Of a DNA stretch of 64,000 nucleotides, positions 12,869 to 22,793 are shown piece after piece. Origin of the DNA: Callorhinchus milii (Eukaryota). Position 1 is the stretch's first letter; each line of letters begins with the position of its first letter. Both the position numbers and the translations under genes were made by a program. The DNA lies in contig NW_024704743.1 in NCBI RefSeq assembly GCF_018977255.1, positions 105,960,001 through 106,024,000 of the forward strand. Reading direction: 5' to 3'. Below the pieces are notes generated by a model. The model was given only the letters and a program-made list of their open reading frames with translations, searched no databases and was not told the origin of the DNA.

Positions 12869-15800
12869 CACGTATCGAAAAGGCGATGAAACACCAGAAA
12901 AATAATAGGAGCAAAGAAATGCAGAGAGGCCAAAGTCAGAATGAGAGAGAGAGAGAAAAAAATAAGAGGAGGCAGGAGAAAGACGGGCTTCTAACCCAAT
13001 TTGAGGTCTCTGCAGTTGTCGGGGATTGATTGATATGGGAGGTGTAAGATAGCGTTATCAGGAAGAACTCATCCGTTATCATCTGCAATTGTCTAAAAGT
13101 GGTCCATCATCCTGAGCTCCAGTCGGCGGTCAGCGAACAGCGTTGGCGACCAGAAGCATTTGCATAATCAAATATAATAACAGACAGTGTTTTAACTCCA
13201 CACCACACACAGCCGTGGCTTACTCCGAATAAATCATATTAGTGCCAGTTAGCGGACTCCCGGGCTCCACTTTGATCGAAAGGAGAAACCACACGATCCG
13301 ACTTTGATCTGCCGCACGTTTCCTTGAACGAAACCGAGAACAAAACACCTGATGCCGAACATGTAACCTCCTCATTCTAACACAGTAATTAATAATTAAG
13401 TTAAGTGAATCTGTTTTTTTCCAAAGTTCCGAATACATTGGGAAAAAAATTGGTGAAATTAACTGGTGAACCTGGTGAGATCAACTGTTCTTATTGAATC
13501 CCATTAATATGAATAGCAATCATGAGCGATCACCGTGAAGACACCCTTTAAGCACATTCAGTTGGTTATCAAATCCTGGTCAACTGATCGTTTTAAAACT
13601 TTTTTTTTAAAAAAAGGCTGGTTAAAGCTTTGCACAATCACAGCAGCTCATGTTAGGAGATTATGAATAAATCGACAACAAGCCTTTTTATTTTTTTGTG
13701 ATGAGGGACAAAATTAAAGCTTTTCAGTAACTTTGCCCAGTCATTAACTAGTGTTTTTTCCCCCAGCTCCATCGATACCTACTCATTCAAGGCAGTTTAA
13801 ATGGCAGTCTGTCAGTTTAGAGCACTCCACTCATCCTGTCAGGGATGTGTATTACTCACGACACGTGAACCCGGTGCCAGTAGCGTGTTTCCTGACATTC
13901 AGTAGTCTTGAGCATTTCTACAGTCGTTAAATGTTAAATGGTGCGAAATGAAACTAACCCCTTAAAAATCAGTCCAGAAGAAATGTCCAGGTTACGGGAC
14001 TTCAAAGTGTTATTGTTTATATTCCACAAGTCTGGACAAGAGGCGCACTGGGTTATTTACACCTGGTTCATAAGATAAAGTCAAAACCTTAAATCGAATG
14101 AAATATGAAAGCGATCACTGTGTTGAAAGTGCCAGCGTTCAGTTTTATGCACGTTCTGTACCGCAGAAAGATAAAAGGTGATTTATTTCCCTGTGATATT
14201 CGCAACACACATTTACTGAATTGTATCAGACAGCAATTCCTACACAGGAGATAGATCCTCTATGTTATGAGCCGTGGGAGGTTCATGACTATAAATTGTG
14301 TGAATTTTGGAGTTGTAATTTTTTTGTTCACAGTCGCATGTGAATATAGCTGCTTCTGAGAGTTCATAAATGTGTTTGTGAATGCGTAACCAGTGTGGCT
14401 TTTCGCTTTGGCAGGAACCGGCTGGTTTAACATTTCCAAACAAGGACATTTCCGATTTCAAAAAAAAAGTCAATCAGGGTTTATACAGCACAACAAAAGG
14501 TCGAGGAAATCAGGGGCTGAGCGCCAGCGCCAACCGGGATATTAATATGTCGTTCCTCTTTTTTTNCACAGGGAAGTAATATGTGGCCACATACATGACA
14601 GAGTTACCACATGCGCTGTGGTTTACTGTGCAACTGGATTCTAGCATGTTTAGCGACACTGCTGTTCACACACCTTCGGGTTGATGCTCTGTTGCAGTTT
14701 ACCAACAGGTTGCAAGGATTTACTGGGGCTTTGCCCATCAGACAAGTCCGCAGTGGTTAACGGTGCTGAATTCACATTGAACGCGCCACTGTCGAGTTAA
14801 ATGCCCGATGAATTTATTCGGAATTGAATTTGACCCCGTTCTTCGTTAGATCTGTGCCTGTTCCTCTTAGACAGGGATGTGGATAATCAGGTTTAAGTGT
14901 AATGTAGTAGTAGGGCGAGTCTTTGATCTCGTCAGAATTAGATCTCATTGCCAACTTGTGGCAGTCAACAAAATGGGTAATATGTGCAAAAGAGAGACGG
15001 GGTTCGCGTTTGGTTCAAAACCCAATTAAAACTCAAAATAAGTTAAATTACAAATCGAATCTGAAACAGCAAGGGCTCGGTGTTGAGAACACTTCTCGCA
15101 GTTGTACCGCGGAGAGCAATAGAATAATAATAATGCTAATCCTTGCATTTGATATAGCGCCTCATCACGTCTTCGAGACGTCTCAAAGCGCTTTGCAGAA
15201 TATACTGTTAAAGTGGCTATATTTTGTGGGCGAAAACGTGATAACTGGTTAGGAGAGTGAATAGTGATGATAACGCCAACAAAATATTGGTCCTGAAACA
15301 GTCCTGATTCCAATTGCGTTCATACAATAATAATCCTTGCACTTTTCGCACTTGCAAAATGCAATATTTATACCCTAGCCAAGCAAATGCACATTATAGG
15401 CAAACATCAGAAACCACAAACAAAATATCCGTCCAGTTTAGAACATTTGAAAAAAATAACTAGATTTGACGATTTTTACTTATGAACAGCAGTGCATTAT
15501 TTATGCACTGAATTCGGATAATAATGGCACAGACAGAGCAAAACTACTTCTGGTAGGGAAGTCCTTTAGTTTAACACACGTGCAGCTATTTTGTCCGATG
15601 AAAAATGTTTGCAACGAACTTTAAAGGTTTAACAGTCCGGTCACTATCAAAGAAAACATAACATCTTTCCCAATGTTACACTTTCCATTCTCAAATCCGA
15701 ATAAGTGGATGCGATCTAATGAGAATATTTAACATTTACGTTTCATTTACAACTGTCTTTCTCAACGAGAGTTAAACGCTACGAGTTGCAAATTCAGGTT

Positions 15801-16074
15801 TTGTTTAGGGACACTTCAGTGTTTTTTAAGCTTCAACAGAGACAGAATAAAATATTTGATTTGAATTGATTAGATCACCCCATATTATTATGATTTTTTT
15901 TTACCCCCTACGCGCTTCCATCAACTGTGAGGAGTACCCGGTTGGCAAGAAAAAGGTTGTTGCGAAATTGTTTATTAGTCGAAGGGAAAACTATTTCGAA
16001 ATCTGTGTAAGATCATCATTGCTTTGTAAGTGTCAGGCAGCAAGGGTTGGGGGAGAGAGTGAGAGAGACAAGCT

Positions 16075-16383
16075 CCGCCTCTGAACGCCTTTCCCGTTAA
16101 AGTCCTACCCACTCGCTTTTCATTGGCTCCTGTTGTGTTTATCAAGCCCACAAGCCAAAAAGTTTGCAACATCCAAAGCGAAGAGTCAGAAAGAGAGTGA
16201 GAGAGAAAGAGAGGTGTGTGCGTGTGTGTGTGTGTGAGTGAGAGAGAGAGAGAGTGAGTGCGTGCACTCCTGGCATCCCCACCCTCATCGATCTGTGTTG
16301 TGTGTGCACCGAGGTTATACGAGAGCCAAGAGCATCCCTCTCAATTCACTTCATTGTCGAGACTCGGCCCCACTCTTCCAGGA
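16075..16383 (+). promoter_or_regulatory. Probable sox17 proximal promoter / 5' UTR
   Basis: Inverted CCAAT (ATTGG 16122-16126), TGTTTATC (Fox/GATA-like, 16136-16143), GA/GT microsatellite, Sox core CATTGT 16352-16357. The TSS cannot be determined. Confidence 0.5.
16190..16260. repeat. Compound (GA)n/(GT)n microsatellite
   Basis: gagagaaagagaggtgtgtgcgtgtgtgtg...gagagagagagagag. Confidence 0.9.
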
Positions 16384-16699
16384 ATGAGCAGCCCTGATGC
16401 TGGTTACTCCAGTGACGACCAAAGTAGATGCAACATGGCGGGGATGTTGCCGGGGATGGGAGCCTGTCAGTGGGTTGAATCCATGAGTTCTCTGGGGGAC
16501 TCCAAGGTCGGCAGCAGCGGCGGCGGCGGCGGCGGCGGCGGGGATCAGGTGGGCAATGCCGGGAGCGGGGGCAGAGCCAAGGCTGAAGCCAGGATCCGCC
16601 GACCCATGAATGCCTTCATGGTGTGGGCGAAAGACGAACGCAAGAGGCTCGCTCAGCAAAACCCTGACCTGCACAACGCCGAGCTCAGCAAGATGCTGG
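16384..16699 (+). CDS. sox17: Sox17 coding exon 1 (N-terminus and first half of HMG box)
   Basis: ATG at 16384 gives [13 protein letters not shown]..., matching the Sox17-type N-terminus ([13 protein letters not shown]), then [37 protein letters not shown]. Ends at a phase-1 donor G|GTAAGT (GT at 16700). Confidence 0.97.
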
Positions 16700-17276
16700 G
16701 TAAGTGCAGTCCATCACAGCAGCGCACTGCTCAACCTGTCCTGCATTTCATGTCATTGTGTGTGTATCAACTTGGGAACAATTCATAATACTGGGTTGGA
16801 TCTTTATATATATATATATGTATACATATATACATATATATATACATCTCTATACGTCCCCCCGACGTGAAAAGCGCTATATCAAATGCAAGGATTATTA
16901 TTATTATTATTATTATTATAGAGTTATTTTAAAATATATAGTTTCGAATAACATGAAACACAAACGTAAACGTAACATAAAAAGACAAAATACGCGATTT
17001 GAATGTCGTAAGGGAGTCGAAAATCAATATATATATATATCTATATTTAAAAGATGCGTTGTGCCCTGGAGTTGGTTGGGATGGCAACACAACGAGCATA
17101 AAACGTAATGTAACGCAAAAGAGACCGAATACCCGATTCCAGGTAGTAAGGTTGACGAAAATTAATATTAAAACTTGGTTCTTTCGTGGAGTTGGATTGG
17201 GAAATCAGCATAACGTGTGCGCGCTTTCTCTAAACGCTTTCTAATGTTTCGACAACTTCTTTTTTCTGGTGCACAG
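16700..17276 (+). other. sox17: sox17 intron (577 nt) interrupting the HMG box
   Basis: GTAAGT donor and ttctttttttctggtgcacAG acceptor. Splicing restores ...[18 protein letters not shown], the SoxF intron position. Confidence 0.95.
16853..16918 (+). mobile_element. Heavily 5'-truncated SINE tail inside the sox17 intron
   Basis: acgtcccccgacgtgaaaagcgctatatcaaatgcaagg(att)n, essentially the 3' end of the SINEs at 20176 and 25392. Confidence 0.85.
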
Positions 17277-18205
17277 GTAAATCGTGGAGAGGACTGTCCA
17301 TAGCAGAGAAAAGGCCGTTTGTGGAGGAGGCAGAGCGGCTCAGGATCCAACACATGCAGGAACATCCCAATTACAAGTACCGGCCCCGGAGGAGGAAGCA
17401 GATCAAGAGAATCAAGCGGGTTGACACGGGGCTCCTGATGCACAACCTCTCGGAGCAGCACCTGGGCGCTGAGGGGCGCCTTTACAGCCCAAATCTCAAC
17501 CTGACCTACCACGACAGCGGCTACTGTGTCCCAAACCAGATCGCTCAGCTCGGCCACTACAGAGAGCCGCAGGTCATCGCTACCAACGTGGACAGCTACG
17601 GTTTGCCCACGCCAGAGACCTCTCCTTTGGATGTCCTGGAACCAAATTCCGTCTTCTTCCCTCCTCACCTGCAGGAAGATTGCCAGATGATGCCTTACGC
17701 CGGGAACAACCCGGGTTACCCCCACCCCCACCAGCACCCCGACTACTCCGCTCAGGAAAACCACGCCGCCGCCTTGTTTTGCCGGCACAGGGGCGAGCCG
17801 GGTGGCTCCCAGGGCGATGGGATGGGACAGGAAGGTGGCTTCCACGGGATGATCGGCTCTTGCCACAACGTGGTGGCCATGTACTACAGCCAGATGTGCT
17901 CTGCCGGCGGCCAGCGAGCGCAGCCCCCGCCGCCCGTGCATGTGGGACAGCTCTCTCCGCCCCCCGAGGCTCACCCCGTGGAGACCCTGGAGCACCTGAG
18001 CCAGGCTGACCTGCTGGCCGACGTGGACCGCACCGAGTTCGAGCAATACCTCAGTACGGTTTCGCGAGGCGATCTGTCGGGACTCCCTTATAACGCGCCG
18101 GAGGCTATCGCAAACGGGATGTCCTCTGCAGACAGCAACCTGATTTCCTCTGTGCTTTCCGACGCCAGTAGTGCCATGTACTATTGCAATTTCACTTCCG
18201 CATAG
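17277..18205 (+). CDS. sox17: Sox17 coding exon 2 (rest of HMG box and C-terminal transactivation region)
   Basis: [64 protein letters not shown], SoxF motif [23 protein letters not shown], stop TAG at 18203-18205. Total CDS 1245 nt = 414 aa. Confidence 0.97.
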
Positions 18206-18756
18206 GGGGCTATCTTGTTTATACATATATGTATGCATATATATCAAAAAAAAACATATGCATACGTATATAAATAAAAGGAACTGCACAAAAATATCGG
18301 ATCAGTATTAGTTTTTTTAAATGAAAAAAAAATTCACTTGTCTTTATAAAACAAATTGGAATTGTCCTCAGGGTGTTTCTTGTTAAAAAAAAATGTTGCC
18401 TGATAGAAAAACAATTCTTATTTATGTTTTGTAATATTTAAAAAAAAATGTTCCTCTTTTTGCTTTTCGGATCGTGCTTCAGATCAGTACTAACGAGGGT
18501 CGGTTTTTTTTATTTTGGGGTTTCCAGACTGCAATGGGACTCCCCACCAAAAAATTGTGTTACACGTTTTTTAATGAAATAAAAAGGGAATTAATTTGTA
18601 CAGCTAGCGTCTTCCAATTTTTTTTTTAAAAAGGGCAGCTTATCTGCAAGTTTGTACCGAATGAGCATTGCTTTTGCAATCACTATGTAAATATTTAATT
18701 TCGTAAGAAAAACTTTTTGAGAATGTTTTGTATTTTTTTTGCAGTTTTATTTAGCT

Positions 18757-18762
18757 AATAAA
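18757..18762 (+). terminator. Candidate sox17 polyadenylation signal (others at 18273 and 18578)
   Basis: AATAAA at the end of a ~550-nt AU-rich tract, followed by T/GT-rich sequence. Confidence 0.55.
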
Positions 18763-19195
18763 ATGGTTTTGAAGCTCAAAAAAAAAACTTTGTGTATAAA
18801 TTTCGTTATTTGAAAGAATCGCAAGCTTTGTGAGTGTCCCGAGCTCACGCAAATACCCAGTTTAGCTCTCTTCTAAGGTCGTTAAAACCCCTGAGTGAAT
18901 GACTCCCAACAAAATGTCAAAACAAATAATGCTGTGAATCCTGTCTTTTCCCTGAACTAAAGCACCGCGCACTCAGCACAGGCAAAGCACGACCTCAGGA
19001 AAAGACGTGACTTTGGGTTTCTAGCAATAAAAAAAACAACAGCTTCTAACTTCCGATGCACATTTACACCGTTTTAACTCGTAACACCACAGAGAGAACA
19101 ACATTTCCCATGTTTTGCTTTCTAAAAACGAAGCCGGGTCCTGTGATCTCCTGGTTTTGCATGTGGCTGGTTAGGAGAAACAACATTATTTTTGG

Positions 19196-19377
19196 AGACA
19201 CAGAAGTCGCTGGGAACACTCAGCAGATCAGGCAGCATCTATGGAGAAAGGAAAGTCGTGGACCCAAAACGTTGACTCACTTTCTTTTCTCCACAGATGC
19301 TGCCCTGATCTGCTGAGTGTTTCCAGCGACTTCTGTTTCTGTTTCAGATTTTCAGCATCTGCACTATTTTGCGTTTT
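19196..19377. mobile_element. Long fold-back element, probably a Penelope-derived terminus
   Basis: ~57-bp inverted arms (19200-19256 and 19279-19336) around gacccaaaacgttgac. The family assignment is from memory of shark repeats. Confidence 0.6.
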
Positions 19378-20175
19378 GCTTATATGTATATGGAGAGACT
19401 TGTCGCTGTGCGTCGGTGCTGCTCTCTTTAATGCCCACAATGTTCGTAATTCAAGAAGTTAAAATATTTTTTTAGAAGAAAAACATTAAACCTATCCCAA
19501 GCAAATATATATATATATATATAATCTGATGGTAAAATGCATTCGATCAAAACTTCAATAAAAAAGGGTTAAATCTAATTTCACTGAGGAAGGGATCTGG
19601 TTATCAGAAAATTGGACTTTGAAAATAATCAGAAGGGCAAACAAAACACTTGATAAATTTTTGTTAATCATTAGTCCTTGTTGATAATCCTATTTCTTAA
19701 TATGGATGATGAAAGTGGTCAGGGATTGGGGAGGGGAATAGCACAAATACTGACTGAATCCCTTCCCTACCCATTGGGCGGAGTGACCTGGGACTCAAGT
19801 CAAGTCATACCCTCTCTATAAAACTGGGTTTAGTATCTTTCCCCAAATCTGCTCACAAAATCCAAATCTTAACCCCTCAGCTGTACAGCATAACCTGAAA
19901 ACGCTTCTTACAATCGTTTTAAGTGACCCATCAGTCTGCGGATCTTGTTCGGTAAAATTTAAAGTGGGTTTAAATCGCAGGTACAGGTAATATTTGATCA
20001 GTCACCGCCTTGTTAATCACGAGTAGTGTATCGTGCGTTTTATTTGCTGTTCCTGCTTTTCCTCACTCCCGGATATTGGATCATGGCTGGGTTTAGAGGA
20101 CAGGGTAACACTCACGAGTGGGATCCCAGAGAGGAACCTTTAACCAACGCTGAGGTTCTCACACAAAGAGCAGCT

Positions 20176-20509
20176 TAATAATAATAATAATAATAATAAT
20201 AATCCTTGCATTTGATATAGCGCTTTTCACGTTGGGAGGACATCCCAAAGCGCTTCACAGAACACACTGTAAAGTGAATTGACCGTATATTTGTGGGCAA
20301 ACGCGGCAGCCAATTGCGCACAGCAATGTCCCACAAACAGTCGTGGATTGAAAATGACCAATTTATTATTACTTTTGGTTTTGGAGGGATTATTATTAGG
20401 CTCCTTGTGGAGTAAGGAATCTTGCCCAAGGTTTCGCCTTGCCTGGAATTGAACCCAGGTCTCTCATTTGCAAAACGAGTGCTCTAACCACTGAGCTACA
20501 GGACTCCAC
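20176..20509 (-). mobile_element. Full-length young tRNA-Ala-derived SINE (short CORE form)
   Basis: Minus-strand head gtggagtcctgtagctcagtggttagagcactcgttttgcaa...ggttcaattcc (Pol III A and B boxes), ccttgggcaag CORE start, L2-like tail, (ATT)n. Confidence 0.9.
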
Positions 20510-20909
20510 CATCTTAAAGGTTGATCGAGGCCACACAAATGATTCTGAAGATGGCATTGCCTTGGCTCACTCGCTGTCTGTCTTGTGCCATGGCTTAGCT
20601 TTTCCCAGTCCGTTTTGGTGATGAAACAAATGATCAACAGTTTAAACCCCCACTTGACAAACTGTACAGGGACAGACATTTCACCAACACAACGGACCGG
20701 CTCCAGTTGCACTCGGTCAAAACATTTCATTGCCCTCTTTCAGAGTCTTTAACAATCAGATCAATTCGCAAGAACACTTCACTGCTCCCTCCATGTAATC
20801 AGGAGAGCGAAGGATAATACAGCAAAAGCCTTGTTCCGAATTATATTTGCTGTTACAATTTTATTGATGTGGATAATTTAATTTATTCTAATTGTTATTA
20901 ATTTCAGTG

Positions 20910-22793
20910 AGGTTCTTTCCTCGCCCGTCCTCTCCTCAAAGTCCAACTGGGAGGAGATACTGGACTTCCTTGAATCTAAAATCGAGGGGATACGTTCAGT
21001 CACCTCAGCCCCGTCCACAACTATCGCCACATCACCTACCCTCATGATCCACCCATCCCCCCCTATACTCCTTCTACCCTATCTCTCCCTCCTCCCTCAC
21101 CACCACTGTCCGCAACTCAAACCCACCACTTGTTCCCTCGATCCCATCCCCACCTCTCTCCTCGTCTCCCAGCTCCACCTTCTGGCCCTCCTCGTGTCCG
21201 ATGTCATCAACCGCTCCTTGTCCAATGGTTCAATTCGCTCCCCCCCTGAAAACAGTCGTCATTGCCCCCATCTTGAAAAAACCTTCCCTGGATCCATCCC
21301 TTCTCTCCAGCTACCGCCCCATCTCTAATCTCCCATTCCTCTCCAAGGTCCTGGAACGAGTCATTGCATCCCAGCTCCACTCCTTTCTCTCTCGCCATTC
21401 CCTCTTTGAACCCCTCCAATCCGGCTTCTGCGCTGCCCACAGCATGGAAACAGCCCTGGTCAAAGTCACTAATAACATTCTGAACATCTGTGATCAGGGC
21501 TCCCTCTGCTTCCTTGTCCTCCTCGACCTCTCTGCCGCCTTCAACACTGTCGACCACTCCATCCTCATACACTGCCTCTCCACGTTACTCAATCTTCACG
21601 GATCTGCCCTTGCCTGGTTCGATTCCTATCTCTCTCACCGTCTCCACTTTGTTGCCTCTAACGGTTTCTCCTCCAGCCCCCGCACTGTCACATCTGGCGT
21701 CCCCCAGAGCTCTGTCCTTGGCCCTCTAATATCTATATGCTCCCCCTTGGTGACATCATCTGCAGACATGGGGTCAACTTCCACATGTATGCGGATGACA
21801 TCCAACTCTATCTTTCTACCTCCACCCTCAACTCCAGGACCACTGCTGTCCTGACACACTGCCTGTCAGACATCAAGTCCTGGATGAGGGCAAATTTCCT
21901 ACAGTTGAATGTGAACAAGACTGAGGCCGTCTTGATTGGCTCGCGCCAGCACCTCAGCACCTCAGGCTCTGGCAACATCAACCTCCATGGTTGCACACTA
22001 CAACTCACCAAGCCAGTCAGGACCCGAGGTGTCTTGTTCAACCCTCAATTATCTTTTCTCCCCCACGTTCAAGCCACGACCTGCTCTTCCTTCCCTCACG
22101 TCCGTAACATCGCCCGACTCCGCCACTACCCCACCCTGCAGGCCGCTGAAGCTCTTGTTCATGCCTTCATCACGTCCAGGCTCGACTATGCAAATGCCCT
22201 GCTTGTCAACCTTCCCAGCTCCTCCCTCCACAGGCTGCAGATAATCCAGAATTCTGCAGCCTGTGTCCTCTCCCGCACCAAACTCCATGAACCCATCTCC
22301 CCCACTCTTGCCCAACTCCATTGGCTCCCTATCCTACAGAGGATCCAGTTCAAGCTCCTGGTCCTCACCTACAAAGCCCTCAATGGCCTCGCCCCACCCT
22401 ACCTCTGCGACCTCCTAACCCCCTACCAACCCACCTGTTCCCTCCACTCAGCCGGCTCCAGCCTGCTCCACGTCCTCCGACCCACCGACCCCACCATTGG
22501 CAGAAGAGCCTTCAGCCACTCTTGTCTCCAACCTCTGGAATTCCATCCCCCAGTCACTCTGCCTCACCCCCTCCTTAGGCTCCTTCAAGTCCCGCCTCAA
22601 GAACCTCCTGTTCGACCATGCCAATGGCCACCCCACTTCCCCTCCCTCCCTTCGTCCCCCCCTTTGTCCCCCCCCCACCCCGGCCCCAGCTCAGGTCTGA
22701 AATGCTGTGCTCTGTCCAGGGCTTGGAACGTCATCCTGACGTGAAAGGCGCTATACAAATGTAATCTTGTTGTTGTTGGTGTTGTTGTTGTTT
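20910..22793 (+). mobile_element. 5'-truncated, frameshifted L2-clade LINE (RT domain and 3' tail)
   Basis: KPTTCSLDPIP, LKKPSLDP..YRPISNLPFLSKVLERV, QSGF, LVLLDLSAAF, GVPQ, YADD (21788-21799), LHWLPI..RIQFK, spread over several frames. Ends in a stem-loop and (GTT)n. Confidence 0.95.

Noticed and set aside
16258..16788. 176-aa ORF as a standalone protein
   Set aside because: Starts at a GTG in the microsatellite and reads into the intron; the real CDS starts at 16384 and is spliced.
16384..18205. Assignment as sox7, sox18 or sox32
   Set aside because: The MSSPDAGY N-terminus and C-terminal motifs fit Sox17 best.
17168..18289. 373-aa minus-strand ORF
   Set aside because: Antisense shadow of GC-rich sox17 exon 2 with no recognisable domain.
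20175..20429. Recurrent short ORFs ending ...[11 protein letters not shown]
   Set aside because: Translations of the SINE tail and (ATT)n, not a peptide family.
21201..22744. Functional reverse transcriptase gene
   Set aside because: 5'-truncated, no endonuclease domain, frameshifted: a dead L2 copy.
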